The notes below the pieces were generated by a model, which saw only the letters and a program-made list of their open reading frames with translations, was not told where the DNA came from and ran no database searches. This document shows positions 31,400 through 42,800 of a stretch of DNA of 64,000 nt, piece after piece. The position numbers and the translations under genes were made by a program. The stretch is from an uncultured Acidobacteriota bacterium. GTDB taxonomy: Bacteria; Acidobacteriota; Blastocatellia; RBC074. Within the stretch, counting starts at the first letter, position 1; each line of letters begins with the position of its first letter. The DNA is taken from positions 1-64,000 of the forward strand of contig CAWCKY010000003.1 of NCBI GenBank assembly GCA_963796275.1, read 5' to 3'.

Positions 31400-32102
31400 C
31401 GGAAGATATCCCGCCTGTCATCCCGCCGCAACCACCTTCTACCAACACCAGAGCCGGGCATAGGAAGACCATCACTGCTAGCGCAAGCTTTTCGACAGGA
31501 TAACGACACTCTTGCAGCCAATCATTCATAGGGCGTACACGGTCCACTTGAAAAACAAAGCCGGTAGCGCTGAATTTGCAATCCAGCGATTCGTCCGATA
31601 CTAGAAGTGATCGCTAACAGGAAGGATAAGCAATGGCATACGGACGCTGCTCCGCCGGCTGGAACAAAAAGGCTATTTGCGGCACGACGTCGAAGTGCGC
31701 GCATTTATCTATTATGCTCTAGAACCCGCGCGCAGCTTCGCCGAGCGCGCGGTGCGGTAGATCATCGACCGTCTCTGTCAAGGCTCGGTCGAGGGTTGGT
31801 CTCCGGAATGATGGACGCGAAAGTATTGACGAATGATGAGTTGGAACGGTTGGCCGATTTCGTCCGGAAACGTCGCGAAAGGGAATGTAAATGGAAACAC
31901 AGGTTTTGGATTGGTCACTTCGAGCCGCTCTGATGGCTGTGGGAACTGCAGTCGTTTTAGGCACGGCAATGGCCGATGACGGTGAGTTTTTGCGAGCTTT
32001 CTGGATTTTTATTACAAGGGGTCGCGACAGCTCGCTGAAAGATCACATTGTCACGGCGATCATTTCCCTGAACATTGAATATAGACTATAGCGCGCGCTA
32101 GA

Positions 32103-33059
32103 ATGACGCGCCATCCGCACAATTCCATGTTGGCCAAAAAAAATATGACACTCGCATCCATTTACAAATCCGTCAGACCTTCGATCGTCGCGTTCGTGTC
32201 GAAGTTCGCTCCCGCTTATGACAAGACAGAACCGCCTCCGCTATTTCCGTCGATTATCGGTACTGGATTTATCGTGGATAGCCACGGCATCGTCGCAACA
32301 AACTCACATGTTGTTCGTGCGATCGCCAATGTACCGAGACCATCGGATTTTCCTCCTGACAAATGGCCGGTTCACGCCATTCTTTTTCGCATCACCGAAG
32401 CAGGCCAGCTCGAAATACCGCTTGAAGTGGCGGGTGTATCCCAGATCACCAAAATTAGTGCTGGAAAGGCATATTACGGGCCGAAAGAAGGACCGGACCT
32501 TGGATTTGTCGTTTTGAAGGTGAAGGGCTTGGTGCCTTTGCAGATTGATGATGAGACCGAAGTCGAGGAGGGTATCGAAGTCGCTACTGCAGGTTACCCC
32601 ATGGGCACGGATGCTCTAACAGCACCCGGTTGGTTGCATCAGCTCACTCCGACACTACAAAAGGGAATTGTTAGCGCCGTGCTCCCGTATCCATGCTCGC
32701 GGCCGCACGGCTTCTCCATCAACATTATGACTCAGGGAGGCGCAAGTGGATCGCCAGTTTTTTCTTGCACGACAGGCCGGATCCTTGGCGTTCTCTATGC
32801 AGGGCTCGACGATTTTGATGAGACATTGGATCAGAAAGATTTATACCGAGTGCCTACTGCAATCAGCTATGTCGTGCCTTCACATTACATTGCCCCAACT
32901 CTCGAAAGTATGAAAGGCAATCCGGACTTTAAGATGCCAGCAGACGCAATTACCATCGACGAGATGCTGCAGCGAGGCACAATCATCAATACGTTGGAAG
33001 AGGGTCGAGAGTGGAAAGTATGGCAAGAAGCCAAAAAGCCCACCGATGAAGACCGCTAG
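32103..33059 (+). CDS. Trypsin-like serine protease with no evident signal peptide
   Basis: GTGFIV, TNSHV (His), PDLG (Asp), AGYP, GASGSPV (Ser). Confidence 0.9.
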   Translation: MTRHPHNSMLAKKNMTLASIYKSVRPSIVAFVSKFAPAYDKTEPPPLFPSIIGTGFIVDSHGIVATNSHVVRAIANVPRPSDFPPDKWPVHAILFRITEAGQLEIPLEVAGVSQITKISAGKAYYGPKEGPDLGFVVLKVKGLVPLQIDDETEVEEGIEVATAGYPMGTDALTAPGWLHQLTPTLQKGIVSAVLPYPCSRPHGFSINIMTQGGASGSPVFSCTTGRILGVLYAGLDDFDETLDQKDLYRVPTAISYVVPSHYIAPTLESMKGNPDFKMPADAITIDEMLQRGTIINTLEEGREWKVWQEAKKPTDEDR

Positions 33060-33071
33060 GGAAAGGGTCAA

Positions 33072-34007
33072 ATGTCTGTTCTTCAGAAAGTATTTCTACA
33101 CACACCAGCGCGCAGCCCGGCTGTTGTTCAAGACTACGAAAGACAACATCGTGAGGAAGGCGAACAACTTGACTTCAAGGCCATAGCCTGGGAGAAGGGC
33201 AAAAGTTTGGAGGCGGCAAAGGATGTGGCTGCTTTCGCTAACCATCTTGGTGGTGACATTATCATCGGCATTAACGACAAAGGAGACCGTGCCGATGGAT
33301 GGAACCCAATTCCGAACGCCGACATTCCCGCCACCATAAGAAACATTCGCGACTGGCTCATTAAACATATTCGCCCGCAAGAGGTTGCTGAAATAGTAGA
33401 CATAGAGCAGGTGGTAGCACCGCAGCCGGACTCTTCAGTGCTCGTAGTATCTATTCCACCCTTCCCCCAATTAGTCGGCATCGAGGACAGAGAGACAGAC
33501 AAGATCATCCTTCAATTTCCTATTCGCACCGGAAGGCGCATACGATGGCTTACTTTTGATGAGATTATGACCAGAACATCCACATCGACGCGAGGGACCT
33601 ATATCAAGCTCAAAGCATTGGCGGACAGCATTGGCCCTTACACTAGAATAAGTTTTACTAGTCCCGTTCTAGTTGTCGCCGGTGATGAACTGAAAGACCT
33701 ATTAAAGCAAGGCCGCATTCATTGCGAGATTGTTGAACTGACGCCCGATGTCATAAAAGTAACGATGAACGGCTCAGAAAACTCTTTACATGGACGACAA
33801 TGGCATCCTAATGGGACTGAGACCATGTCACACCCTGTGACCGTTGAGGCCGGTCATAAGCTAACGATTCCTCTTGAGTTCGTTAGAGCAGTCTGGAAAG
33901 ACCAAAAATCCATCTCGCAGATTGAACATTTGTCCATCGCCCTATCCGCTAACATTGTGTGGAATGGTGACTACTGGAGTTTTGTAACCGGCACACTCTC
34001 ACATTGA
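33072..34007 (+). CDS. Schlafen/AlbA_2-domain protein
   Basis: EGEQLDFK, KDVAAFANHLGGDIIIGIND, PIRTG; starts 12 bp after the protease stop. Confidence 0.85.
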   Translation: MSVLQKVFLHTPARSPAVVQDYERQHREEGEQLDFKAIAWEKGKSLEAAKDVAAFANHLGGDIIIGINDKGDRADGWNPIPNADIPATIRNIRDWLIKHIRPQEVAEIVDIEQVVAPQPDSSVLVVSIPPFPQLVGIEDRETDKIILQFPIRTGRRIRWLTFDEIMTRTSTSTRGTYIKLKALADSIGPYTRISFTSPVLVVAGDELKDLLKQGRIHCEIVELTPDVIKVTMNGSENSLHGRQWHPNGTETMSHPVTVEAGHKLTIPLEFVRAVWKDQKSISQIEHLSIALSANIVWNGDYWSFVTGTLSH

Positions 34008-34392
34008 TTGACGAGAAACACGGTCCAGTTGAGGTTCAATATAGGAAATTCCTGTTCAAGGTTCCAAATGGCCGAAAGTTGTGAGCGGGAAAAACTCCGG
34101 CGACAGTCCGAGTCGGCGCCGGTTTCATTTGCGCATCGTGCTCAGCTTGCCGCAGTGCGGCGCCGTTCAATCAAACCGTAAGAGTGAGCGCCCGTGAGTG
34201 GCAGGGATAGATGCGTATCCTTTCAGCCGAAAACTAATATCGTCCTCACTTTCTCCTTACGCCCTTTATTTTTCTTGAAAACAAAGCGGACAGCATCGCC
34301 GCGCATAATCTGATTGCTAACCGGCTTCGATGGATATTGGCCAAGCCTGCGCCTCGCAAACAACCGTTTTCAACAAGTGACAAGGAGGATCT

Positions 34393-34824
34393 ATGTCGGA
34401 AATAGATCGCGCTGAAAAACTGATCGTCGCATTGGGGCAACGAATCAGTGAGCAGAATGGAATACTCCAGATGATTGCGGAAAGTCTTCAAGGAGTTGAA
34501 TCACATCTGCGCCAGATTGCCATCTCATCAAACCCCGCTCCCAACTACCAGCGGCCTTTGAGCGAATATGCGGATTTTGACTGGCCCTCAATCGGCGCAA
34601 GCGTTCTCAATCGAGACGACGACGGTGTGACAGCCGTCGAATGGAACGGTCAGGTCTTCACGCGCCGGTCGCCCAACAATAAATTTGACGCCGCCGTATG
34701 GTTTTCGCGCCATCTTGGTTCGGATTCTGATGGCAATAAGCGGTATGCGCGGCTGATCACCTTCAGAGCCTTGAGCGATGCGGAGCCGATCGCCTCCAAG
34801 GCGAAGAAGGCGATCCGCACGTAA
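34393..34824 (+). CDS. DdrB-like single-stranded DNA-binding protein
   Basis: NYQRPLSEYADFDWPSIGA...FTRRS...AAVWFSR resembles the Deinococcus DdrB core as recalled (YQFP.ENEADFDWSLIGA...YRRR...AAIKYSR); AAGGAGG RBS. Confidence 0.7.
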   Translation: MSEIDRAEKLIVALGQRISEQNGILQMIAESLQGVESHLRQIAISSNPAPNYQRPLSEYADFDWPSIGASVLNRDDDGVTAVEWNGQVFTRRSPNNKFDAAVWFSRHLGSDSDGNKRYARLITFRALSDAEPIASKAKKAIRT

Positions 34825-34911
34825 TGTATTGGGGCTTTTGGGCGTTGGCCACAAATTGCGCGTGAATGTGATATATTGGAACTTAAAGCCAGCTTCAATT
34901 AAACATAAGTT

Positions 34912-35448
34912 ATGAATAATCTCACGTTAAAAGCCGGACAGGTGGCCGCCGCCCTAAACATTTCCACCAAGCGTTTACAGAACACAGTGGATGCTGGATA
35001 TCTGCGCCCGGCGAAGGCCGGTCGTGGACGCGGCAGCGAGCGGCGGTACAGTTTTGAGGATGTGGTGCGTATGCAGGCGTTAGAAATCCTGGTCAAATCT
35101 TACGGATTGGCAACGCCCCGCGCCGCGAGGATGCTCTCAGAGGTTTGGCCGAAGCGCTTTAATCCCCAGCGGCGTCTGCTTGTCATTCATCCCGAACCTG
35201 CCATACGCGGGGTCAAACTGGAGCCGATCAAACTTCCGCTCAGCGAGATAGCGGCGGCAGCCGAAACCCGCATTCAGCAAGTTCTGGTGGACTATAAGGA
35301 AAAGAAGCGCGGAAGGCCCGCCGGCTGGTCGGCTAAGTTCACCAAGACTTTGTTGCAGGTCTCCGATGCGTTGCAGGGCGCGAGCGACAAAGAAATTGAG
35401 GAGGAGATCGCCAAATATCGCCGGAAGCGGCGCGCGAGGAAAAAGTAG
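34912..35448 (+). CDS. MerR-like HTH protein, probable antitoxin
   Basis: AGQVAAALNISTKRLQN..G.LRP...GSERRYSFEDV; overlaps the PIN gene start. Confidence 0.75.
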   Translation: MNNLTLKAGQVAAALNISTKRLQNTVDAGYLRPAKAGRGRGSERRYSFEDVVRMQALEILVKSYGLATPRAARMLSEVWPKRFNPQRRLLVIHPEPAIRGVKLEPIKLPLSEIAAAAETRIQQVLVDYKEKKRGRPAGWSAKFTKTLLQVSDALQGASDKEIEEEIAKYRRKRRARKK

Positions 35449-35897
35449 TGGCGCGGCGTCGCCGGCTCGGGCGTGTAGTCGTTGACACATCTGTTGTAAT
35501 TCGCGCGGCGCGGGCATTCCGCCAGCAACCTCCGGAACCCGGCACACCCGAATTGCAGCTCGTGCTGGCCTGGCGTGATGATCCTGAGGTCTTCACTTGG
35601 CTCTACAGCCAAGAGATTCTGACCGAGTACCGTGAGATTTTGCGCCACCTCAAAGTCCCGCGCGATGCGGCGGGACGATTCATCAATTTGCTCGGCCAAG
35701 GCGGTGAGGAGATAACAGAACCTGCGACGGGAGAATTCTCGCCGGATCCGAAAGATGATCCTTTCTATCATTGCGCGCTCGGTGGCGACGCCGACTATAT
35801 CATCACCGACAACGTCCGAGACTTCCCACCAGTCCGAAACAGAAAACGCCCCGGTATAATTACACCCGCCGATGCGGTTGCGAAGCTTTGGTCTTAG
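35448..35897 (+). CDS. PIN-domain toxin
   Basis: VVVDTSV, ILTEY, PDPKDDPFYHCA, IITDNVRDF. Confidence 0.9.
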   Translation: MARRRRLGRVVVDTSVVIRAARAFRQQPPEPGTPELQLVLAWRDDPEVFTWLYSQEILTEYREILRHLKVPRDAAGRFINLLGQGGEEITEPATGEFSPDPKDDPFYHCALGGDADYIITDNVRDFPPVRNRKRPGIITPADAVAKLWS

Positions 35898-35956
35898 GCG
35901 CCATCGGAATAAGAACGGATATCTGATAATACGGTTCGGAATGGAGGCCAGCCAAG

Positions 35957-36295
35957 ATGTCCAACTACGGTCACGACCAACCCCCGTATGATAACGATGA
36001 TGACGAGCGGTTCTATGAGGAGACCGTCTACAACGAAGAGCACTATATAGAGCAGGAACAGGAGTTGATCAGGCAGTCAAATCTTGAACTCGAGCTTGAG
36101 AGACTTGAAGACGAAAATATACGAGAGATGCGGGAGGAAGGATTGCTTAGGCTGACACTGGTCAAGCCCGGCGAGAACAAGCCTGAAGACAATCAGCTGG
36201 AGCCTGCGAATTCTCTCGATGATTTGGCCGAAATGCCTTTTGAAAGCGATGGAGGGCGAGAATCCCAACTCGTTCTCGGCTTGATGTTGCATTAG
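35957..36295 (+). CDS. Highly acidic hypothetical protein
   Basis: GGAGG RBS; 112 aa, D/E-rich. Confidence 0.55.
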   Translation: MSNYGHDQPPYDNDDDERFYEETVYNEEHYIEQEQELIRQSNLELELERLEDENIREMREEGLLRLTLVKPGENKPEDNQLEPANSLDDLAEMPFESDGGRESQLVLGLMLH

Positions 36296-36790
36296 GTATA
36301 GATACCGAAATCTTTGATGTTGATACGAGCCGAATAAGAAAAAGCGCTTGCATCCGTGGGATAACTGCAAGCGCTTGAAATTTGGCGGCCACCTTCCTCA
36401 CCCTGGCAGCCCCCTGACACCGTTCAGTGGAGTTAACCACCTGGTATCTCGTTGCCCCACTTTGTCTATCGCAACGACGGTGCCAGAGAGTTCCACCTGG
36501 GGATGAACGCGAGAAGCCTAATAAAATCAGGCGTTCTGGTGTTCTTCGATATTTTCTCGTGTGGTCTCAACCGAGCATTCAAGCAATTCTTACACGATCC
36601 GCTGGGAAGTTTTTTCCTTACCGCAAACAAGAAGGGCCTACATGTTCGAAATCTGTGACTTCATGATCCGGATGCGCCAATCCTTGGGGCCACAGCGATG
36701 CCATTACATTCGCTAGGCCGCGGCCAGCCGAACTGATCGAAAACGCGCCGAGTGCCATGCTTTGCTTCTTTCCGTACGGTAGTGGTTAAA

Positions 36791-36858
36791 GCCGAACGGC
36801 AGACTTCACCTGCGCGCGGAGCAAAGCGAAGCGCGACAGGTGGAATCCATAGTTCGCT
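36791..36858 (-). other. Integron-type attC recombination site
   Basis: Minus strand: AGCGAAC-TATGG-ATTC[C]ACCTG[T]CGCGC-loop-GCGCGCAGGTGAAG-TCTGCC-GTTCGGC. It has AAC/GTT cores, 5- and 6-bp spacers and two extrahelical bases, and lies 17 bp after the Avs stop. Confidence 0.75.
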
Positions 36859-36875
36859 GGTATCAGCCCTTGCTG

Positions 36876-39800
36876 TCAGTACTTCATTTTATGGAGCTTG
36901 TTAATCGCACCAGGATAAAGCTTAAAATCCAGCGAGTTATCAATTCGGACGACCGCTGTCGTATGCAAATACTGGCTGCCTAGGCTACCAATGCCTTTTT
37001 CGTACCGACGCAGTCTGACGAGCACTAATAACTCTGCCCTTCGCTTCATCAGTACGTCTTTCAGGAAACCCGAACTGCAAACTAGTCGTTTGGCGCTAAT
37101 CGATTCTTCTTCGTCGTACGCAGAATTGCGGCCCCACGCCTCCGATCGCGCCGCTACTCGTCCTGTTGGATCGCCCCACGTTCGCCTAAAAGGGTCCAGC
37201 GGCTTCAGTGCGCCGATCTCGTTTATGGCCTTCGTGAAGTAAAGCCGCCGTACTGCAGCAGTCACGCCGAGTAGATCGGTTTCATCTAGTCCTGCCTCGA
37301 TGTGAGGCCAGACGACCCATGGCTCATAAGGCTCTTTCTCAGAGAGTGAGTATTCATCGCCATCGTCGCGTTCTTCGGCCCGCGGCAGCCACGCTCGAAA
37401 GGGGTCTTCTTGAGACAACTGAAGCGCCAATTTTTTAGCAAAGCGAGGAGGCGCCAAGGCTGACCAAATGTCAATCTCAATTCCATCAGCCGAGCGCCAG
37501 TCACCAGCGACTACAACTTCCTCTCCTATGGATGATTCGATATTCAAGAGAGATAGAAGCTTTGCCTTGTCACCGGTGAGGACGAGCCCTTTATCTCCTA
37601 TCTCATAGAGGTTAACTTGTGCGCCCACTGGTGGCCTATCGACTCCGTCTGCAAGCCACAGCCCGTTCCTTCTCGTGAGCGATTCGTGCCTCAGCCACTC
37701 GCGCCAGGGATCGTTGTCATCAAATGGACGCTGAACGACTGGATATTTTGCTAGGAACTCGCCCGCCACGAGGTAGAGCGCGTGCCATCCCAGTTGCTGC
37801 CCGTAGAGATGATACCGGTCGGTCATTTCTCTTAAGCGGTCTCGTTGACGGACAGCACGTCCGCCGCTTTCGTACATGCTCTTTACCTGCGGATCGTATT
37901 TTCGCACCCAGGCGGTTATGGCATCCTTTGTTTCCCACCTTGATCTGTCAAACATACCGCTCACCTTGGCGACATCATGTTTGTCGAAATCATAGTCCAG
38001 GTTGAAATCGAACCCTGGCTTCGGCATCGAGCCCGGGCGCTTCTTGTAAATTGAGTCGCGCTCGTACTGCTTCGTCTTTTTCATCGGGAAGGGCGAAGCG
38101 TTGACTCTCTTTAGCGCCTTGATGTCACCTTCCGACAGGACAATCCTACCGCCACTCACGCAGGCTAAGAGAGTACGCGCGGCGAAGTGGCGCATCAGTA
38201 CATGTGGCACATTCGTACCTAACGCGACGGTCTTCAGCGTATCGGCATACTTCGTTACATTCTGCGGATGATCGATTGCCACTCGGGCAAGCGCAATTAG
38301 CAGCCAAAGCCGCGCGTGCAGATAGTAAAAGGGCAGTTCCGGTGCTTGATACGGATGGGCGTCCGTGGAATGAAATCTTCCGATGAGCGCGTCGATCACT
38401 TCCCACTTACCAAGCCTTGCGAAGCATCGGATGCTGTGGGCCGCCCTCCAACGATGTGCAGCGGAAGGCGAGCCGAGCGTGCGCCACAAGAGGCCTGCCG
38501 TAATATCCGTTTCTCCGCCTTTCGGATAGAGACCGTCCCTCCATACGCCGTCAACTACTGTTGATGCCAACTTCGCAGAGTTGCTATTCAGCAATCGCTT
38601 GAGCGCGATTTGACCCTCGCCATGTTTGGCCTTCTCACAAATGATTGCCGTAAGACCCATCCAGGTTGATGCAGGCAAGTGTGAATCCGGTGACGCGAAA
38701 ATCGCGATCAATTCGAGTGCCAGTACTGGCACCGGGATCCCGGACAGTTCGGTAATATCCTTCAGTTTGGAACCGGAGAGATAGTCATGATTAACAAAGT
38801 CATTTGCGTGAATCTGAATAAGCGGCTCTGCGATATCGCGGAATACTTTTCGCAAAGCCGCTGAAGAGTCACTCCATTTCTCCTTGCACTCCCTCAACAC
38901 GCGCAGTTTTGTGTAGATATCGAGGATCTCAAGCCGAGAGATGATCTGGACATATTTCGGCCTTTCTTCATATTTGAGCTTTCCCCGAAATTTATCGAAA
39001 AACTCGTTCTTAAAGGCATAGACGTACTGCAAGTTATTCAATGCATCGATAGCCCGCGCCATTGACTCCTCGTCGGCCGGGTCCGTTTCATTACCAATCT
39101 TCTTCATGGCGCGCCGGGTTTCTTCTTCCTGGTCGTTTGCCGCCTCTGCGGAGCGGAGATATTGCGGGCCGCGATAGTTTCGGTTCTCACTCTCTTCGTT
39201 GCGCAGCTTCTCGAACTTCTGCGCGGCGATGGAGAGATAGGTCGTTAGCTCGGAGTCCTTGTCTAGTTCGCGCTCGGCAATTTTGCGGAGCGTTGCAAGA
39301 GTGCTAGGCATGAAAACGCCCGAGTGATTCTGTTCGAATTGCAAGATCAGCTCGGTCAATAGAGCCTTCGAATTCGGATATCGCTTTTCGGCGATTACTT
39401 CTGCAAGTTGTGCCGTACCGCAGGAGTACAGTTCTACAGGAGCCGATAGGCGAAGCAGCCCCAGAGCAATGGCCGGGTCGATCTTGTCCTGCTCAATGAG
39501 TGCCATGAGGTAAGGCAGCAACGTATAGTCCAGAGTACTCTTGTCGCGGTCATCCCAACGCCCTAGTTTCGCGAGCGACCTGCATCCTGAAGTCCTAGCC
39601 AATCCCCTTGCGAATTCCAGCCAGGGAAACTTATCTTGTTCATAGATGTTGAGTTCGCAAATGTTTGAAAGCGTGTGAAAGTCGCCTTCTTCAAGCTCGT
39701 CGCCCCGTAACTCCGCTGCATAGAGCAACAGTTCGCTAGTGAACTGGTAATCGCCTGAGCCTATAGCGTCCATCTGGTCAAGACCGAGGCGGAAGTAGGC

Positions 39801-42800
39801 GGCCGTCTCCTCGACACTTGCAGGCATGATCGCCCTGGACAACTCCGCGAATAGAGATGCCCGTCGACTGACTTCATCCTCGAGCTCAATAAGGGACTTC
39901 GCACTCAGCGCAATTTTCCCCGCCAGTTCCTGAAGGTCCAACCTTTTCGCGAGAATTGCGATGATCTTAACAAGCGTTGATACCGGTGCGATGCCTGCCT
40001 CGCTGACCTTCGCGACAAATACCTCAGTGGAAGAGCCTTTAAGATCGCTCCGCGCCCAGATAGCAAAAATCAACAACTGGCGGCCTAGCAGATCAAAAAA
40101 CAGGCTCCTTTCGTGACGGTCCGAGTAACGGTCCCGCTTCATTCTGAACTTTGCCCACAACTCAACCAACTCCAGGAATGGCTTGTCGCCCTTCCCGGCA
40201 CCAGAGGAGAGCATTTTCGTGAACGCCTGGGCCATCTCAAATAATGTCTCAAGCCGCTCATCGATAAAATGCTCCGCCTCCCTCTTAGTTTCATAGCGCA
40301 TGGGCTTCTTTTCGGCTGGCAATCCCTGGTGTGACTTGAATTCCTCCTCCAACTCTTTTTTGAGCGTCTTCCGGAAAGCCTCCCCTTTCGTACCCTTCGG
40401 AACGCGCGCACCGAAATCAACGAGTTCCTGTGGCAAAAGTGTATACTCAGCAATTGGTTGGCGCTCCACAGCAGCGCGAAGGGCCATATAGGCGATAAAA
40501 GGAAACACATCCTTAGTCGAAAAGTGATCCACGAAGTACCAGAGGCCCGGCCTTTCGTTGGAAATAGTTTCCGCGATTGCAAGCGCCTCTGCGCGCATTT
40601 TCATTGCGACCGCGACGGCGGTAGCTTTCAGCATGCCGTCTTGAATGGGATCCATTTCCCGGAGGAACCCCTCACTCTTTTCAATGGTTTTCTTCTTTTC
40701 GCAAGCTTTGGCAAGCTCTCGAATCATGCGTCGGCGCGCAGCGTTGTCGAGTTCCATGAAGGAGAGAGCGGCTGCGAGGATGCCGCGTTGCGATTTAAGC
40801 GAATCCAGAAAGCGGCGAATGTTGGCGGTCGGAACTGTTTCCATTCTCTCCGCTTGGTGCAGCAACGTGAAGATATGTTCAGCGACTTCGTATGCGTACC
40901 AATCCTTCCATCCTTTCATGAATTGCGCGGCATCTTGCCCTCGATCCTGGGCGACAAGGCATACGGGTATTGACGCGATGTCGAGCCTTTCCGGCCCGCT
41001 TCTGTCTCTGCGGTATTCATCGTCCTGCCGATAGAAGTGATGAATCCATTCATCGGCGTTTACAACATGCCGGTACGCGTCGCTTAAGTCGCCGGACAAG
41101 ACGCTTGCAATCGTAAGTCTTGCGTAGCGTGTTCCGGGCCATTGTGTACGCGTCTCGAATAGTCGTCTGGTCGCATCAATGTCGTGGGATGCTATAACCA
41201 GATCGGGATTGTCCAGCACATACTCCGTGCCACGCTGGTTAACAGCAGCGAGGGTTGATAGCTCCACCAGCAAATGGACAAGACGGTCGAAATCTTCCTT
41301 CCTGGCGGCATGAAGTACAGCGGCTTTGAGTCTTGCGTAGCGTATGTTCTGCTTGCCAACAGTGCTCGCGATCGCTGTTGGAAACCGCTCATCGAATGCC
41401 AACTTGAATAACAACTTCCCATCATTAAGCTTCTGAAGCAGGCCTGGAAGCGCGCTCGCCGCATATACCGATGTTCCTTGCTTTTTGAAGAGGTTCCTGG
41501 CGAGGGCGCGCAGAGTGTCTGCTTTGGCAGCGTAAACATCACGAACAACCGTTTCAGTGGGTTCATCGCGGAACATCAATCCATGTCTTGTCTGCTCTAG
41601 CAGAGGTGCCAAGTCCGTCGCGAAGCTTCTTACTGCGCTTAGGTCCATTCCGTGAGCATCTGCGTACTCATAAAGCGGAACGGGCGGCGGTAAGATCGAC
41701 AGACCGGCGAGAAACGCGTTGATTTCACGTTTCTTGTAGCCTCGTTTCAATGCTTCGCCGAGCGCCTTCTGAATGCGTTCCTTTAAGAGGTCGTCCAGTT
41801 TTATTACGTTATTGAGCTCCGCCGACTCAAGAAGGCCTCTGTCGCTCAGCGCAAGGTGTTCGAGTATTCGGGGGTTCCCTTCAGATCGTGAATAGGCGAC
41901 CTGAATTTGAGCATCGGTCACTTTCGGAATGCGGTCACGGAGATACTTCTCCGTTTCTGCGGGGCTGAAGGGATTTAGTTTGAATTCTTCACACGGAACG
42001 TCGCCTCTGGAGATGTCACGTCGGTAGGTTCGACAACTTACGATGAGCTGTACTCCGTCAACAGGGCCGCTATGGTGGAAGCTTTCGAGCAAAAGCCTCG
42101 GAAAAGTCGGCTCACCCTTGTCTTTTGCATGTTCGGCGGCGTTGTCTATAGCATCAATGAACAGCAGGAGTTGTTTGTCACCCGATCCTCTCTGCAGCGT
42201 GGCAACTGCCTGAGAGAGGCGGGCTCGGAAAGCTTTGACGAGTTCTTCAACGTTCTCATTGATTGGTAGGAGCGGATCGCACAAGCCATCGCACGCAAGG
42301 CTGTTAATGATGTGGATTAGGCCACGCTTCGGAAGATGCCGCGCATCTTCAGGCGCTCGGTAAGCGCCGCCGCCAAAGCAATCGAACAGAACTGTTTCGT
42401 GAGTCTCTCCCAGTATCATCGCGAGGCTTTGAAGAAAGACAGTTTTCCCAACGCCGCCATCGGCGTGAATCAGGAGCGGCTTGTCTAGTTTGGGAATTTT
42501 GCCGCCGAGGGCTGATAGCTGTTCGCGCTCAACGACATTGCCGACTTCAGGAAAGCTGGCCGGGCAAGGAAAGAGGTCATCGGGGCTTTGCAGTTCCAAG
42601 GCGTCGAGAACGTCTGTCCGCGTTATAACGTTTTGTCCTTCGCCTGCTAGGCCTGCCTTTTCCCGGAGCAACTGTCTCAAGTTGCCCAATCTGGCCCGCG
42701 CCATAGCGTCAGGAGCAACCGACCAATCGGCGAGAACGAGGGAAAGATGTTGCTTGTTTTGTCTCAAGCTACCAGCTAGGCCAGTGATCCTGACCTTCTG

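Noticed and set aside
31400-32100. Short ORFs upstream of the protease as a third system component
   Set aside because: Fragmentary overlapping ORFs with no clear RBS or motif; they look like remnants.
34080-34250. tRNA, riboswitch or other known ncRNA
   Set aside because: No cloverleaf or recognisable family consensus by eye; an Rfam/Infernal scan would be needed.
34896-34925. dif/pdif-like site (ATTAAACATAA)
   Set aside because: Only one half resembles a XerD box and there is no partner arm.
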